Shown here: in pieces, positions 19,979 to 28,930 of the stretch
Position numbering within the stretch: the stretch's first letter is position 1
Layout of the letters: the number at the start of each line of letters is the position of its first letter
Source of the DNA: an uncultured virus (IMG/VR IMGVR_UViG_3300028844_003150)
Lineage: Duplodnaviria; Heunggongvirae; Uroviricota; Caudoviricetes
Strand: one strand, 5' to 3'
IMG/VR virus record: IMGVR_UViG_3300028844_003150
Span: 1 to 64,000 of that record
DNA length: 64,000 nt
Translations under genes and position numbers: made by a program
The notes under the pieces: model-generated
Told to the model about the DNA's origin: nothing
The model's database searches: none
What the model saw: only the letters and a program-made list of their open reading frames with translations

Positions 19979-20215
19979 ATGTCTGGAATCATTGATGACG
20001 AAGGCCAGCAATGGGAACACTGTTGTCATTGCGGAAACTTCACACGCATTCAGGATCTGGTGACTGGTTACAGTCCCAAGTGGCCTGACTATCCGTGGGT
20101 GGATCTGTGCAAGAACTGCAAGTCCAAACTGAAACCTGTTGTCTACGATATAGACGTAGATGACAACTACAGGATTCCCACAATACTCAAAGCTGACATT
20201 GAGGAGGCACCGTAA
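19979..20215 (+). CDS. Small zinc-ribbon protein
   Basis: CCHC...CKNC; GGAG RBS before the ATG at 19979. Confidence 0.6.
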   Translation: MSGIIDDEGQQWEHCCHCGNFTRIQDLVTGYSPKWPDYPWVDLCKNCKSKLKPVVYDIDVDDNYRIPTILKADIEEAP

Positions 20216-20542
20216 ATGTTCACATTTATGCTTTTAACTGCGCTTGGCATGTACATCGTTCTGTGGAAGATCGGTGCATTCAAGCTGTTCAAATTCAGGG
20301 AGACACGTAGAGCCGCTGATGGTGGTCTCGATGCTGCAATGACCTTCGGGCTTGTAGCTGTGTTCGCTGGAACCATGTCCGGAATGCTCATTGCAATGGG
20401 CAGCGGACTGATGCTGAGTGGTCTGTTATTCCTGACTCGCTCTTTTATCAAGCCCACGAAATCCATAGGAGGCACCTTGGATGGAATTGCCCATAGGCTC
20501 AAATCAGTTCCAACATTACTGCGAAGGACTGCAAACAACTGA
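20216..20542 (+). CDS. Membrane protein
   Basis: GAGGAGG RBS; 2-3 hydrophobic segments. Confidence 0.65.
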   Translation: MFTFMLLTALGMYIVLWKIGAFKLFKFRETRRAADGGLDAAMTFGLVAVFAGTMSGMLIAMGSGLMLSGLLFLTRSFIKPTKSIGGTLDGIAHRLKSVPTLLRRTANN

Positions 20543-20708
20543 TAGTCCAGAAGACATACTGGACCAGATTGAACAACGCACAGGGAAGTGCATCAACGAA
20601 TTCAGTGCTGAAGAGCTTGATGCTCAGATCGCTGAAATAACCAGCAGCATCATCGCTTGGTTATAAAGTAGTACTAACCTAAACCAACTGAAACATGGAG
20701 AAACGCAA

Positions 20709-21560
20709 ATGAACGAAGAAACACAGCAGAACACCATTAATGGCTACACACATGACGGTGTGGACGCAGAGATGGTGAAAGCTACACAGATTGAGGAAGT
20801 CATTTCCCAGTTCGGGGATATTGAGGACCTGCATCAGCGTAGCTACAAGACATTCCTGTTTGCTTCACTGGCTTGGAGTTACAAGTTCAAGCTGGCTCGT
20901 AGCATCATCCGTATGCTGGATCAGAACGCTGGACTGGCAGACGCACAGGAACGTAACCAGAAGAAGCGTGAAGATGCACTCGTAGAGGTCATCAAGCGTA
21001 CAGAGACTTCAGTTGATGAGCTGCAGAATCTGTACAACTGGGCGGCATCACAGACAAAGGAAGATCTGCTTCCGCTGAATGCTGATGTCATCGCTGCACT
21101 GCAAACCGAACCAGAAACTCCGAAAGATGAAATCGCTGAGTATGCCGAGATGATGGGCATCACTATCGAAGAAGCCACGGAAGATCTGGAAACTGTGACT
21201 AATCCTGAAGTTGAGCGAGCCGTGGAATTCGCTGATGAGGCAGCTGGAGAGCTGGATCAACGTACCGATGGCAACTATGAACTCAACTTTCCCATCACAG
21301 ACTGGAATGCAGTCAGCACCATGGAAAAGATTGCCGAGAAGGCTGAAACCTATGCACTGAAGAGCAAGCAACTGTGGAGACAGAACCGCAGGAAGAGCAA
21401 GAAAGCTCACCTCATTGCTAACGTGAAGGCTTTCGAAGCAATCATGAACAGGGCAGACGAACTGGCTGTGCAATACCGCACTGACGTGGAAACTCAGATT
21501 GCAAAAGCACAGGAGCTGCAGACTGCTCTTCACGAGGATAGCAATCCCGTAATGGCGTAA
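20709..21560 (+). CDS. Hypothetical acidic helical early protein
   Basis: 283 aa, GGAG RBS, followed by a hairpin. Confidence 0.75.
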   Translation: MNEETQQNTINGYTHDGVDAEMVKATQIEEVISQFGDIEDLHQRSYKTFLFASLAWSYKFKLARSIIRMLDQNAGLADAQERNQKKREDALVEVIKRTETSVDELQNLYNWAASQTKEDLLPLNADVIAALQTEPETPKDEIAEYAEMMGITIEEATEDLETVTNPEVERAVEFADEAAGELDQRTDGNYELNFPITDWNAVSTMEKIAEKAETYALKSKQLWRQNRRKSKKAHLIANVKAFEAIMNRADELAVQYRTDVETQIAKAQELQTALHEDSNPVMA

Positions 21561-21569
21561 GGCAAGGGT

Positions 21570-21590
21570 CCCCGGATCGAGAGATCCGGG
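21570..21590 (+). terminator. Hairpin after the 283-aa gene
   Basis: CCCCGGATC-GAGA-GATCCGGGG with a GNRA loop. Confidence 0.55.
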
Positions 21591-21630
21591 GGCTTAATCC
21601 TTCACGGCACCGGGGTACAGTGGGGTCTGA

Positions 21631-21952
21631 AATGTACGATTGTATGTACGACCATTTTTTAGACCCTAAAGCATTGATCCATAAAGCAAAAGCACCCTAG
21701 TTTGTACGATCCAAACACCCCTTCTATAGGTGGAGTACGTATTAGAGGGTGTGCGGGGGGCCTCTAGTACTACTAATACGTACCTTTATAAACCAATAGG
21801 TATAGTAGTACAGTAGTACAAATCAGTCCCTTCTGCTTTATAAATCAACAAGTTGCTGATGTACGATCATCAGTACTTGTACGATCGTACATTTTCTCGA
21901 TGATCGTACAAATGTACTACCATTGTACGATCATCATTTTCACGGTAGTACA
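21631..21952. other. Putative replication origin (GTAC/TGTACGAT iteron-like cluster with IHF sites)
   Basis: 16 GTAC in ~320 bp of non-coding DNA; IHF match AATCAACAAGTTG at 21843-21855; upstream of the primase-helicase. Confidence 0.6.
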
Positions 21953-21956
21953 TCCT

Positions 21957-22595
21957 ATGAAAATAGTATTTGGCTCCTATGAATTCCCCACCAAGAAAGC
22001 CCTGATCGAGGAGATTCGAAACCGGGTAAATGCCGCTAAATTGAATAAACCCATGACTCCTCAGGACACCAATTTCTTCTGGTGGCTTATCCACGACAGA
22101 CATCGCCACGCTGAACACAAGTTGCTTCATCCTATAAAGCATTTCTTTGTCAGACGTGGTGATTACGGTGAGAAACAAATCTGGATGGAGTACGACAATG
22201 GGGAAATAAATGACTTCTCATGGCGTGCCTGTGTAACACCACGCACTAATAAAGATGATGCACTGGCAGCTGGGCGGACAGCTATAAAATCTCAGATACG
22301 TGAGTTTGTAACTGCATTAGATGAACTACGCTGTGCAATATCAGGAGAACTGGTTACTTTTGGAGATTTCGACGTTGACCATCATCCTGTTCCTTTCAAA
22401 CAATTATTCGACGAGTGGTTGTTTGCTGAAGGCCTGACCTACGACGACATAAAAACAAACATAGGAGAACCACGCAGTCTTACAACGTCCATGATCGTAC
22501 AAGAACAAGAACTTAGCTGGCAGCAATACCATGAACGCTATGCTGAGCTACGAATATTGAAATCTGAGCTTCACAGGACACTGAAGAACAAGTAG
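21957..22595 (+). CDS. DCL/DUF3223-like protein with a C-terminal HNH-like segment
   Basis: F.TKKAL...I, DFSWRACV, A.R.AI..QI and VDHHPVPF...W..YH motifs; start placed at the ATG at 21957. Confidence 0.6.
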   Translation: MKIVFGSYEFPTKKALIEEIRNRVNAAKLNKPMTPQDTNFFWWLIHDRHRHAEHKLLHPIKHFFVRRGDYGEKQIWMEYDNGEINDFSWRACVTPRTNKDDALAAGRTAIKSQIREFVTALDELRCAISGELVTFGDFDVDHHPVPFKQLFDEWLFAEGLTYDDIKTNIGEPRSLTTSMIVQEQELSWQQYHERYAELRILKSELHRTLKNK

Positions 22596-22636
22596 ACTGA
22601 GCGCTCACAAAAACACAACCCGCCGAGGGAGGCCCC

Positions 22637-24934
22637 ATGGCATGGAAGACCAAGGACGGTGAGCTGTCCAGCTCACTGCTGCTACCTATTAATGACCCGA
22701 TTGAAGATTACATCACCGTCCTACGCTCTAATAAGCCATGTAATAAGACGATAAAAATCGACAAGGAAGGCAACTGGGAAGTATCTAGCTACCAGAAGCA
22801 TTACCAATTTCAATTCTACAAGCTGCCTATCACGACTATTGAGCAGCTGCTTGTAGATATGGAGCAACTAAGAAGATGTAGTTATTACTTCTTCGTGTAT
22901 GGCGCACCAACCCCTTATGCGGTTGAGCATGGAGATACCGATCTCTTAAAGCGCCGATCTGTTTCTCGGGAGGATCAGCCTGCAACGTTGATCGCAAGAG
23001 CTGCCTCCCTCATTGTGTTTGATATCGACGCACTGATCCTTCCGGGACTCACCTATGATGAAGCAGGAGCCAGAGAAGTAGTTAAAGTATTGGTTAAGCG
23101 TGGTCTCACGCAACTTGAGAACACCAAACTTATCTACTACTGGACTTCGAAAGCAGGCAAGATTCCTAACCAAGCCAATATCCGTATCATTGGCATCTGT
23201 GAAAGTGCCGCTACGCTGGAGACCATCAAGGCATGGGCTTCTACCAGTGGGATTGTAGACGCCAAGATCTATGACCCTCAACAACCTATTTATATATCTG
23301 ATCCTGTAATTACTCCTAGAGCCAAGTGTCCAATCAAACAGGAAGATCGCATTGGCATGATAGATGGTGAGTACGAGGAAATAGCTGAACTCCCCAAGAT
23401 CAAGTTCGAACAGCAGGAAAGTGCACAAACACCGGACGACCCCAAGGATGACGTAATCCTTGCCAAGCTATATGAACATGGCTATGTGAAATCCAAGCTC
23501 AACCCCGGCAAGTACGACATCACCTGTCCATGGGTACATGAACATACCAATGAAACTGATTCAGGCACTGTATTCATGCTGCCTAATTACAGTGGATTTT
23601 CACAACACGCATTCCGCTGTCAACATGAGCACTGCGCGAATCGTAACTTGGCTGACCTGCAGGCAGCACTGGATATCAACCTAGACGTAGATGATGCCGA
23701 GTTCATAACAGAAGCGAAAGATGATGATGGATCAGCTGATGCCTTGGTACGACGTTACATATATCACAAGGACGCTGATCGCTTTTATGACTTGGTGACA
23801 GGTCAGGTTCTGAAGATCGAATCCATAAACAGGACGTACGCGCACATACACATGCGCCCTTTGGCTACTACACTCATGTTCAGACGTCCTGATCTGATAA
23901 AAGCAGACAACATGGCGTACATACCGGGACAACCACGCATCACAACGTGGAATGGACTGGTAATCATCAACATGTGGAAGGACGAGGTACACGTAACACC
24001 TGTTAAAGGAGATCCCAAACCATGGCTAGATCATTTGTCCTACTTGATGGACGAGAACGATTCAAAGCACTTTCTAAGCTGGGCAGCGTACACGCTGCAG
24101 AATCAGGGAACAAAGATCAATCATGCGTTGCTGATAGGCGGACCACCGAGGATAGGAAAGGACACGCTTTTAGAGCCGCTCAAGCGCAGCTTAGGTTCTT
24201 ACAACGTATCCGAGCCGTCTGCTGAAGAGCTGAAGGAAACATATACTAATTACCTGCACCATACGAAACTTGTAGTTTTTCAGGAATGCCAGAACTTTGA
24301 CAAACTCAACATTGAAAACAAGCTCAAGCCAATGCTCGCAGCACCTCCTAGCTCATTACGGGTACGTATGTTTGGGCAAGGATTTTACGAAACACCTAAT
24401 CTCGTGCAAGCGGTGTTCATGTCCAATCACCGTAACGCACTTAAAATTTCGCGTGGTGATGGACGTTACTACACCATCTGGTGCGATGTAGAGAAGAAGG
24501 AAGAAGCCTATTACATCAACCTGTATAAATGGCTGGAAGACGAAGGTGGACTGGCTATTGTGGTTGACTATCTATTGAATTATGACGTATCACAATTCAA
24601 TCCGAAAGCATTACCACCTACCAATGCGTATAAAGAACTTATTACAGAATTAGGGTCTACAGATCTTGAAATGGTATTGAAGGAGTCGATTGAACATGGA
24701 CAACCACCATTCCACAAAGATATAGTTAAACCATCAGATCTGATAAAACATCAAGGCTGGGAAGGCGTAACAACAAAGAAACTTTCTAATGCGTTCGACT
24801 CACTGGGATGTCTACCCCGTACAGTACGGGATACAAATGGCAAACGTACATCACACAGCTTCTGGGCTATACGCAACGTAAGAAAATGGCGTAAGAGCAA
24901 GCCCATCCGCTGGTTGGAGGCTTACAGAAAATGA
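22637..24934 (+). CDS. DNA primase-helicase (primase N-terminus, Zn finger, SF3/D5-like P-loop helicase)
   Basis: VFDID primase motif; CPWVHEHT...FRCQHEHC Zn finger; KINHALLIGGPPRIGKDT Walker A; FMSNH; GRY. Confidence 0.85.
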   Translation: MAWKTKDGELSSSLLLPINDPIEDYITVLRSNKPCNKTIKIDKEGNWEVSSYQKHYQFQFYKLPITTIEQLLVDMEQLRRCSYYFFVYGAPTPYAVEHGDTDLLKRRSVSREDQPATLIARAASLIVFDIDALILPGLTYDEAGAREVVKVLVKRGLTQLENTKLIYYWTSKAGKIPNQANIRIIGICESAATLETIKAWASTSGIVDAKIYDPQQPIYISDPVITPRAKCPIKQEDRIGMIDGEYEEIAELPKIKFEQQESAQTPDDPKDDVILAKLYEHGYVKSKLNPGKYDITCPWVHEHTNETDSGTVFMLPNYSGFSQHAFRCQHEHCANRNLADLQAALDINLDVDDAEFITEAKDDDGSADALVRRYIYHKDADRFYDLVTGQVLKIESINRTYAHIHMRPLATTLMFRRPDLIKADNMAYIPGQPRITTWNGLVIINMWKDEVHVTPVKGDPKPWLDHLSYLMDENDSKHFLSWAAYTLQNQGTKINHALLIGGPPRIGKDTLLEPLKRSLGSYNVSEPSAEELKETYTNYLHHTKLVVFQECQNFDKLNIENKLKPMLAAPPSSLRVRMFGQGFYETPNLVQAVFMSNHRNALKISRGDGRYYTIWCDVEKKEEAYYINLYKWLEDEGGLAIVVDYLLNYDVSQFNPKALPPTNAYKELITELGSTDLEMVLKESIEHGQPPFHKDIVKPSDLIKHQGWEGVTTKKLSNAFDSLGCLPRTVRDTNGKRTSHSFWAIRNVRKWRKSKPIRWLEAYRK

Positions 24935-25099
24935 TTAAACAACACCCAATGCCCGAACGTCCGCAATACCCGGAAGAAGATAACTTCAGTGACCGTGATA
25001 ATTGCGGTGAAACCTGCGTCATCTTCTCATTCGCACTGTTTGGAATAATAGGTGCAGCACTAGGAGCACTGGCAACCTATTTCATAATGAGGTAATAAC

Positions 25100-25342
25100 A
25101 TGGGTGACATGGCTGATTGGTGCCTAGAGATGGCACTCATGTATGACGACCATCTTGATTTCATATCCCGTCGCAAGATAGAACAACACATCTGGACTAC
25201 CAAGGAAGGACAGGAAGTACATGTCACGAAGATGACAACGCAACATCTAATAAATACAATACTAATGATCGAAGAGGGGAGATCCAACCATGACAAAACG
25301 TGGATACAAATCCTACAAACCGAGCTTGACTCTAGGTTGTGA
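25100..25342 (+). CDS. Small hypothetical protein
   Basis: GAGG RBS; MGDMAD and WTTKEG....V.KMTTQHLINT motif common in phage proteins. Confidence 0.6.
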   Translation: MGDMADWCLEMALMYDDHLDFISRRKIEQHIWTTKEGQEVHVTKMTTQHLINTILMIEEGRSNHDKTWIQILQTELDSRL

Positions 25343-25452
25343 CATATTACTGGCTGCAGTAGTGATATTCGGAATACTTCTGTTAATGGTCTATGCAGAA
25401 GAATTCGTAGCAGCATTGTGTGAAATAACTGGATGCGAGGAAACATCAAGCA

Positions 25453-25734
25453 ATGGAAGAACTGACTGATCCGCAAAGTAACGAAAAAATAAGTAGCCTT
25501 GCACGCCGGGTAAATGACATGTCTCCGAATGAAGAACCTGTAGATAAAGACAAAGTACGTGCTTGCCGGGAAGAGTATGAGAAATTTGCTAACTTCCATG
25601 GAGCAAGACCAAAGAAGTATGTAACTGATCCAGAGTTGTTCAGACAATTCATATCCAAGCAATATGACTTGAATACCCGTGCTGCTGCCAAGTTATGGTT
25701 AAAGCAGATGGGAGTGACGATAGAATTACCATAG
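25453..25734 (+). CDS. Hypothetical protein
   Basis: 93-aa ORF in the plus-strand operon. Confidence 0.5.
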   Translation: MEELTDPQSNEKISSLARRVNDMSPNEEPVDKDKVRACREEYEKFANFHGARPKKYVTDPELFRQFISKQYDLNTRAAAKLWLKQMGVTIELP

Positions 25735-25738
25735 CTTA

Positions 25739-26008
25739 TGGCAACGTAGATTACCTCCCTAATCTACGTGCTGCACTGACGTTGTGTGGGCATGACGCAG
25801 TGCAGCTGCCACCTAATTCCCGTGTAAATATAGTACCTCCGTTATCGCAATAGGCCTCCCTGCTAATACGCGAGCTTACATATCACTGCACGGGATCTTA
25901 ATAGCACGAGGCACAATAATGGGTGGTGAGCTGCAGCATCATTACACAAGATGTCCTCGATGCTGCCTCGTGTGATAGTAGTTTGCTGTAAGGACATCAT
26001 CTGCAGCA
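25739..26008 (+). ncRNA. Candidate structured non-coding RNA with CCUCC loops
   Basis: Intergenic ~290 bp with nested perfect stems; G-U pairs favour the plus strand (see findings). Confidence 0.65.
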
Positions 26009-26024
26009 TAGTTATGGAAACGAC

Positions 26025-26219
26025 ATGAACTTACTTGATTACGAAAAACGTATTACTGAATTGGAACGAGAAGTAGCGAACCTGAAACTGGATAAGATAG
26101 AAGTTCAGAGCCAACTGAACATGCTATCAATGCTCGTGTCATGGATGAAACGAAAAACAGTATGGGAAGCAATCTGTGATGACTATCCATGGCTGAAGGA
26201 ATACAACGATGGCAGCTAA
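26025..26219 (+). CDS. Small coiled-coil protein
   Basis: 64-aa ORF directly after the structured RNA. Confidence 0.5.
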   Translation: MNLLDYEKRITELEREVANLKLDKIEVQSQLNMLSMLVSWMKRKTVWEAICDDYPWLKEYNDGS

Positions 26220-26493
26220 GAAAGGCGACCCATGCAAGCATTGCGGTAAACCTGTAGAGCAGAATCAGGCTCATATATGTAACCACTGTAAGAATTATCC
26301 CGAACGACGTAACGACGAAACTATCAAACTGTATAACCAGTTTGTATTACCAAGGAAAAAACAATGGCGACTAACACACTAGATATCCAGCAACGCATCA
26401 TGCAGTTTCAGATAGATCTCTGGTGCGAATATAACTACATGAATTCTGATGACCTGACAGATATAGATAAACAAATCTATAACCTGTTGGGTC

Positions 26494-26802
26494 ATGCTAT
26501 GGCTGCACGAGTTGCTGATCGTAACAGACAGGGAAGTGACGACAGTGAAGAGCACTAGGAAAACTGCCACTGTGACCCGTGAAGGCGTAGAGATTGAAGT
26601 TGACTATACTTATTATCCCGCTTCCCATGGAGCAAGGGAGAAAGGTAGTGGGGTACAACTGGAACCTGATGAACCAGCTACTGTAGAAATAAACGAGATG
26701 ACCATACAGGCTATCGACGTAACCGCATTATTGGTGGATTATGAAGAAGACGTTATGGAGGAGGTTCTGGCGATGGGAGATGAGAAGGATGGGGGTTACT
26801 AA
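26494..26802 (+). CDS. Hypothetical acidic protein (true start probably downstream)
   Basis: VDYTYYPA...LEPDEP..VEI motif seen in phage hypothetical proteins. Confidence 0.5.
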   Translation: MLWLHELLIVTDREVTTVKSTRKTATVTREGVEIEVDYTYYPASHGAREKGSGVQLEPDEPATVEINEMTIQAIDVTALLVDYEEDVMEEVLAMGDEKDGGY

Positions 26803-27588
26803 GTGTTTTCGCATTTGTGGTTACGGACTAGGTGACTACCCAACTGTATTCATACCTGAACGTACTGTCTTTTTTAGCTGGATATGGTGCCGCTATTACG
26901 ATAAGAATGGTGGACTCGTATTCTTCACTACATTAAATGAAGCAGAAGGATTTCTGCATAAAAAAATGGGTGTAGGTGAAGTCGTATCAAAGAAAGTAAC
27001 TGATAAGGAGTTCATGGCATGAAGTTATCAGATGAGTGGTTCCGTAGCACGCAGATCCATGAAAAACATAAAGATGTCTATGACATCGGTTTCTATAGTG
27101 GAATGCAAGCTGCCATGAATCTCATTGTAGCAAAAGGCAGCGTAGAATCCGCTGAAATAATTCGGCAGGAAATTGCACGCGACACGGATAAAGACCCATG
27201 AAAGTAAAAGAAGCCATAATAGCGTTACAAAAGATGCATCCTGATGCTGAAATAGTAATACCACCGAGTGATAAGCATGGAGCATTTGTACGACTCACTA
27301 AAATAAATTCAGCTCTGCATATCCCAGCTTACTCCATAGAAGAATCAGCAGCCTGCTTGGATGAGAAAGCTCCAATCTGCGTTGTATTTGAAGGTGAGTC
27401 ATGCTCGGACTAGAAGACTACCAATCACTATTATTTACCCTGAAGGAAGACCCAGAAGCAACAGCAGCATTACTACGGCTTTGGTCGCACCTGTGTAATA
27501 CAGAGACTGCCCTGATCGAGGCTGAAGAAGAGCTGAAATGCTATACAAATGCCATCGACAGGGCATTAGCAAGAAAGTCAATAACCAG

Positions 27589-27617
27589 TTGACCCCCACA
27601 ATACTCGTGTGGATAAT
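27589..27617 (+). promoter_or_regulatory. Sigma70-type promoter with an internal inverted repeat (putative operator)
   Basis: TTGACC-N17-GATAAT, with CCACA-N7-TGTGG in the spacer. Confidence 0.65.
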
Positions 27618-27625
27618 AGCCCCAC

Positions 27626-27811
27626 ATGATACGCATCAATATAACGATCACCGAGCCATTGCTCACACGCCTCGACGCCGAGGTAAACTTTCACGAAACC
27701 AGCCGTTCTGAATTACTCAGAACCATCCTGCAGGAACGGTATAACCGTATGCCAAAGCAAGGATTCGGTTCACTCACAAAAGAAGAATTAAAGAGGTGGC
27801 AGGATGATTGA
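27626..27811 (+). CDS. Ribbon-helix-helix (CopG/MetJ-like) regulator
   Basis: RINITITEPLLTRLD......SRSELLRTIL pattern. Confidence 0.8.
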   Translation: MIRINITITEPLLTRLDAEVNFHETSRSELLRTILQERYNRMPKQGFGSLTKEELKRWQDD

Positions 27812-28562
27812 TCGCTGGTCATTCAGCCGTCTAAATGTATATGAGTCGTGCCACAAACGTGGACAGCTTGCCTATGATGAAAAGCTGCCTGAGATCCGCA
27901 GACCTGATGGTAACAAGGCTGCTGATCGAGGAACACGAGTCCACGAGGCTGGTGAAGATTACATAAAGCATAAAACGGATAAGATGATTCCGGAGTTGAA
28001 AAACTTCGAGACTGAATTCGAACATGCGCGTGCATTGACCGATGAACAGTTTTCATCTGAACAAACGTGGTATTTCGATGAAGACTGGAATCCTACAGTA
28101 AGTCTGGAAGACCGATGGCTTACCGTTATCATTGACCTTCTAGTGTGGATCGACGACTACGAAGCTGTCGCTATCGATTTCAAGACAGGTAAACGCTATG
28201 GCAATGAAATCAAACACGGACAACAGATTCAACTGTACCAGCTGGCAACGCTGTTACGCTACCCGGATACCGATTTCATCACTACAGAAATATGGTACCT
28301 CGATCAGGATGAACTCGCATCACAGAAATACAAGCGTAGACAAGGCTTGCGATTTCTTGAGAGCTTTGACAAGCGAGGACGTGCGCTTACGACTGATGTA
28401 ACGTACAAGGCAAATCCATCTACATATGCTTGCCGATTCTGTCCATATAGAACAGGTGCAAACAAATGGGTATGCGGTACTGGTGACTGCACGCTTAATC
28501 CACCTGATCCTACAGAACTTCCTGAAGTGAAGTGGCATGAGATGCTGGAGAAGTTAAAGTGA
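27804..28562 (+). CDS. PD-(D/E)XK (Cas4/RecB-like) exonuclease
   Basis: WSFSRL..YESC, RGTRVH, IDFKTG, QIQLY, CRFCPY...C. Confidence 0.85.
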   Translation: MIDRWSFSRLNVYESCHKRGQLAYDEKLPEIRRPDGNKAADRGTRVHEAGEDYIKHKTDKMIPELKNFETEFEHARALTDEQFSSEQTWYFDEDWNPTVSLEDRWLTVIIDLLVWIDDYEAVAIDFKTGKRYGNEIKHGQQIQLYQLATLLRYPDTDFITTEIWYLDQDELASQKYKRRQGLRFLESFDKRGRALTTDVTYKANPSTYACRFCPYRTGANKWVCGTGDCTLNPPDPTELPEVKWHEMLEKLK

Positions 28563-28738
28563 TGACCACACAGGAAGCAAAGACCAAGCAATGTCCAATG
28601 ATACAAATGCGTTGTGTCGCTGAAAATTGCATGGCATGGCAACCACACGAGTATATACCCGGCAGCGGATACTGCGCCCAGTTTTCCATACAGGCACAGA
28701 TATTTGAATCAATACTGAAGAAAAAAGCTGTATCGTAA

Positions 28739-28930
28739 ATGAGTACATTACGAATGCGCGTAGTCGTCGAACAGGACGAGCTACAGGCAAAGATCAAAGC
28801 ATTAAAAGACTTCCTGCAGTCTCCCATGTTCCATACGTTGCAGTTTGACCATCAACGTCTACTGCATACGCAGCTGACTGCCATGGAAACTTACGACAAC
28901 ATACTGGACATGAGGTTAGATCTTTTATAA
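28739..28930 (+). CDS. Small coiled-coil phage protein
   Basis: RVVVEQDEL..KI..L..FL...QL.AM..Y..IL..RL family pattern. Confidence 0.6.
   Translation: MSTLRMRVVVEQDELQAKIKALKDFLQSPMFHTLQFDHQRLLHTQLTAMETYDNILDMRLDLL

Noticed and set aside
25739..26008. tRNA, tmRNA, or minus-strand CsrB-like GGA sponge
   Set aside because: No T-loop/CCA cloverleaf seen; G-U pairs become A-C mismatches on the minus strand, favouring the plus strand (minus strand not fully excluded)
27804..28562. Cas4 indicating a CRISPR-Cas system
   Set aside because: Stand-alone PD-(D/E)XK nucleases are routine in phage replication modules; no cas1/cas2 or array
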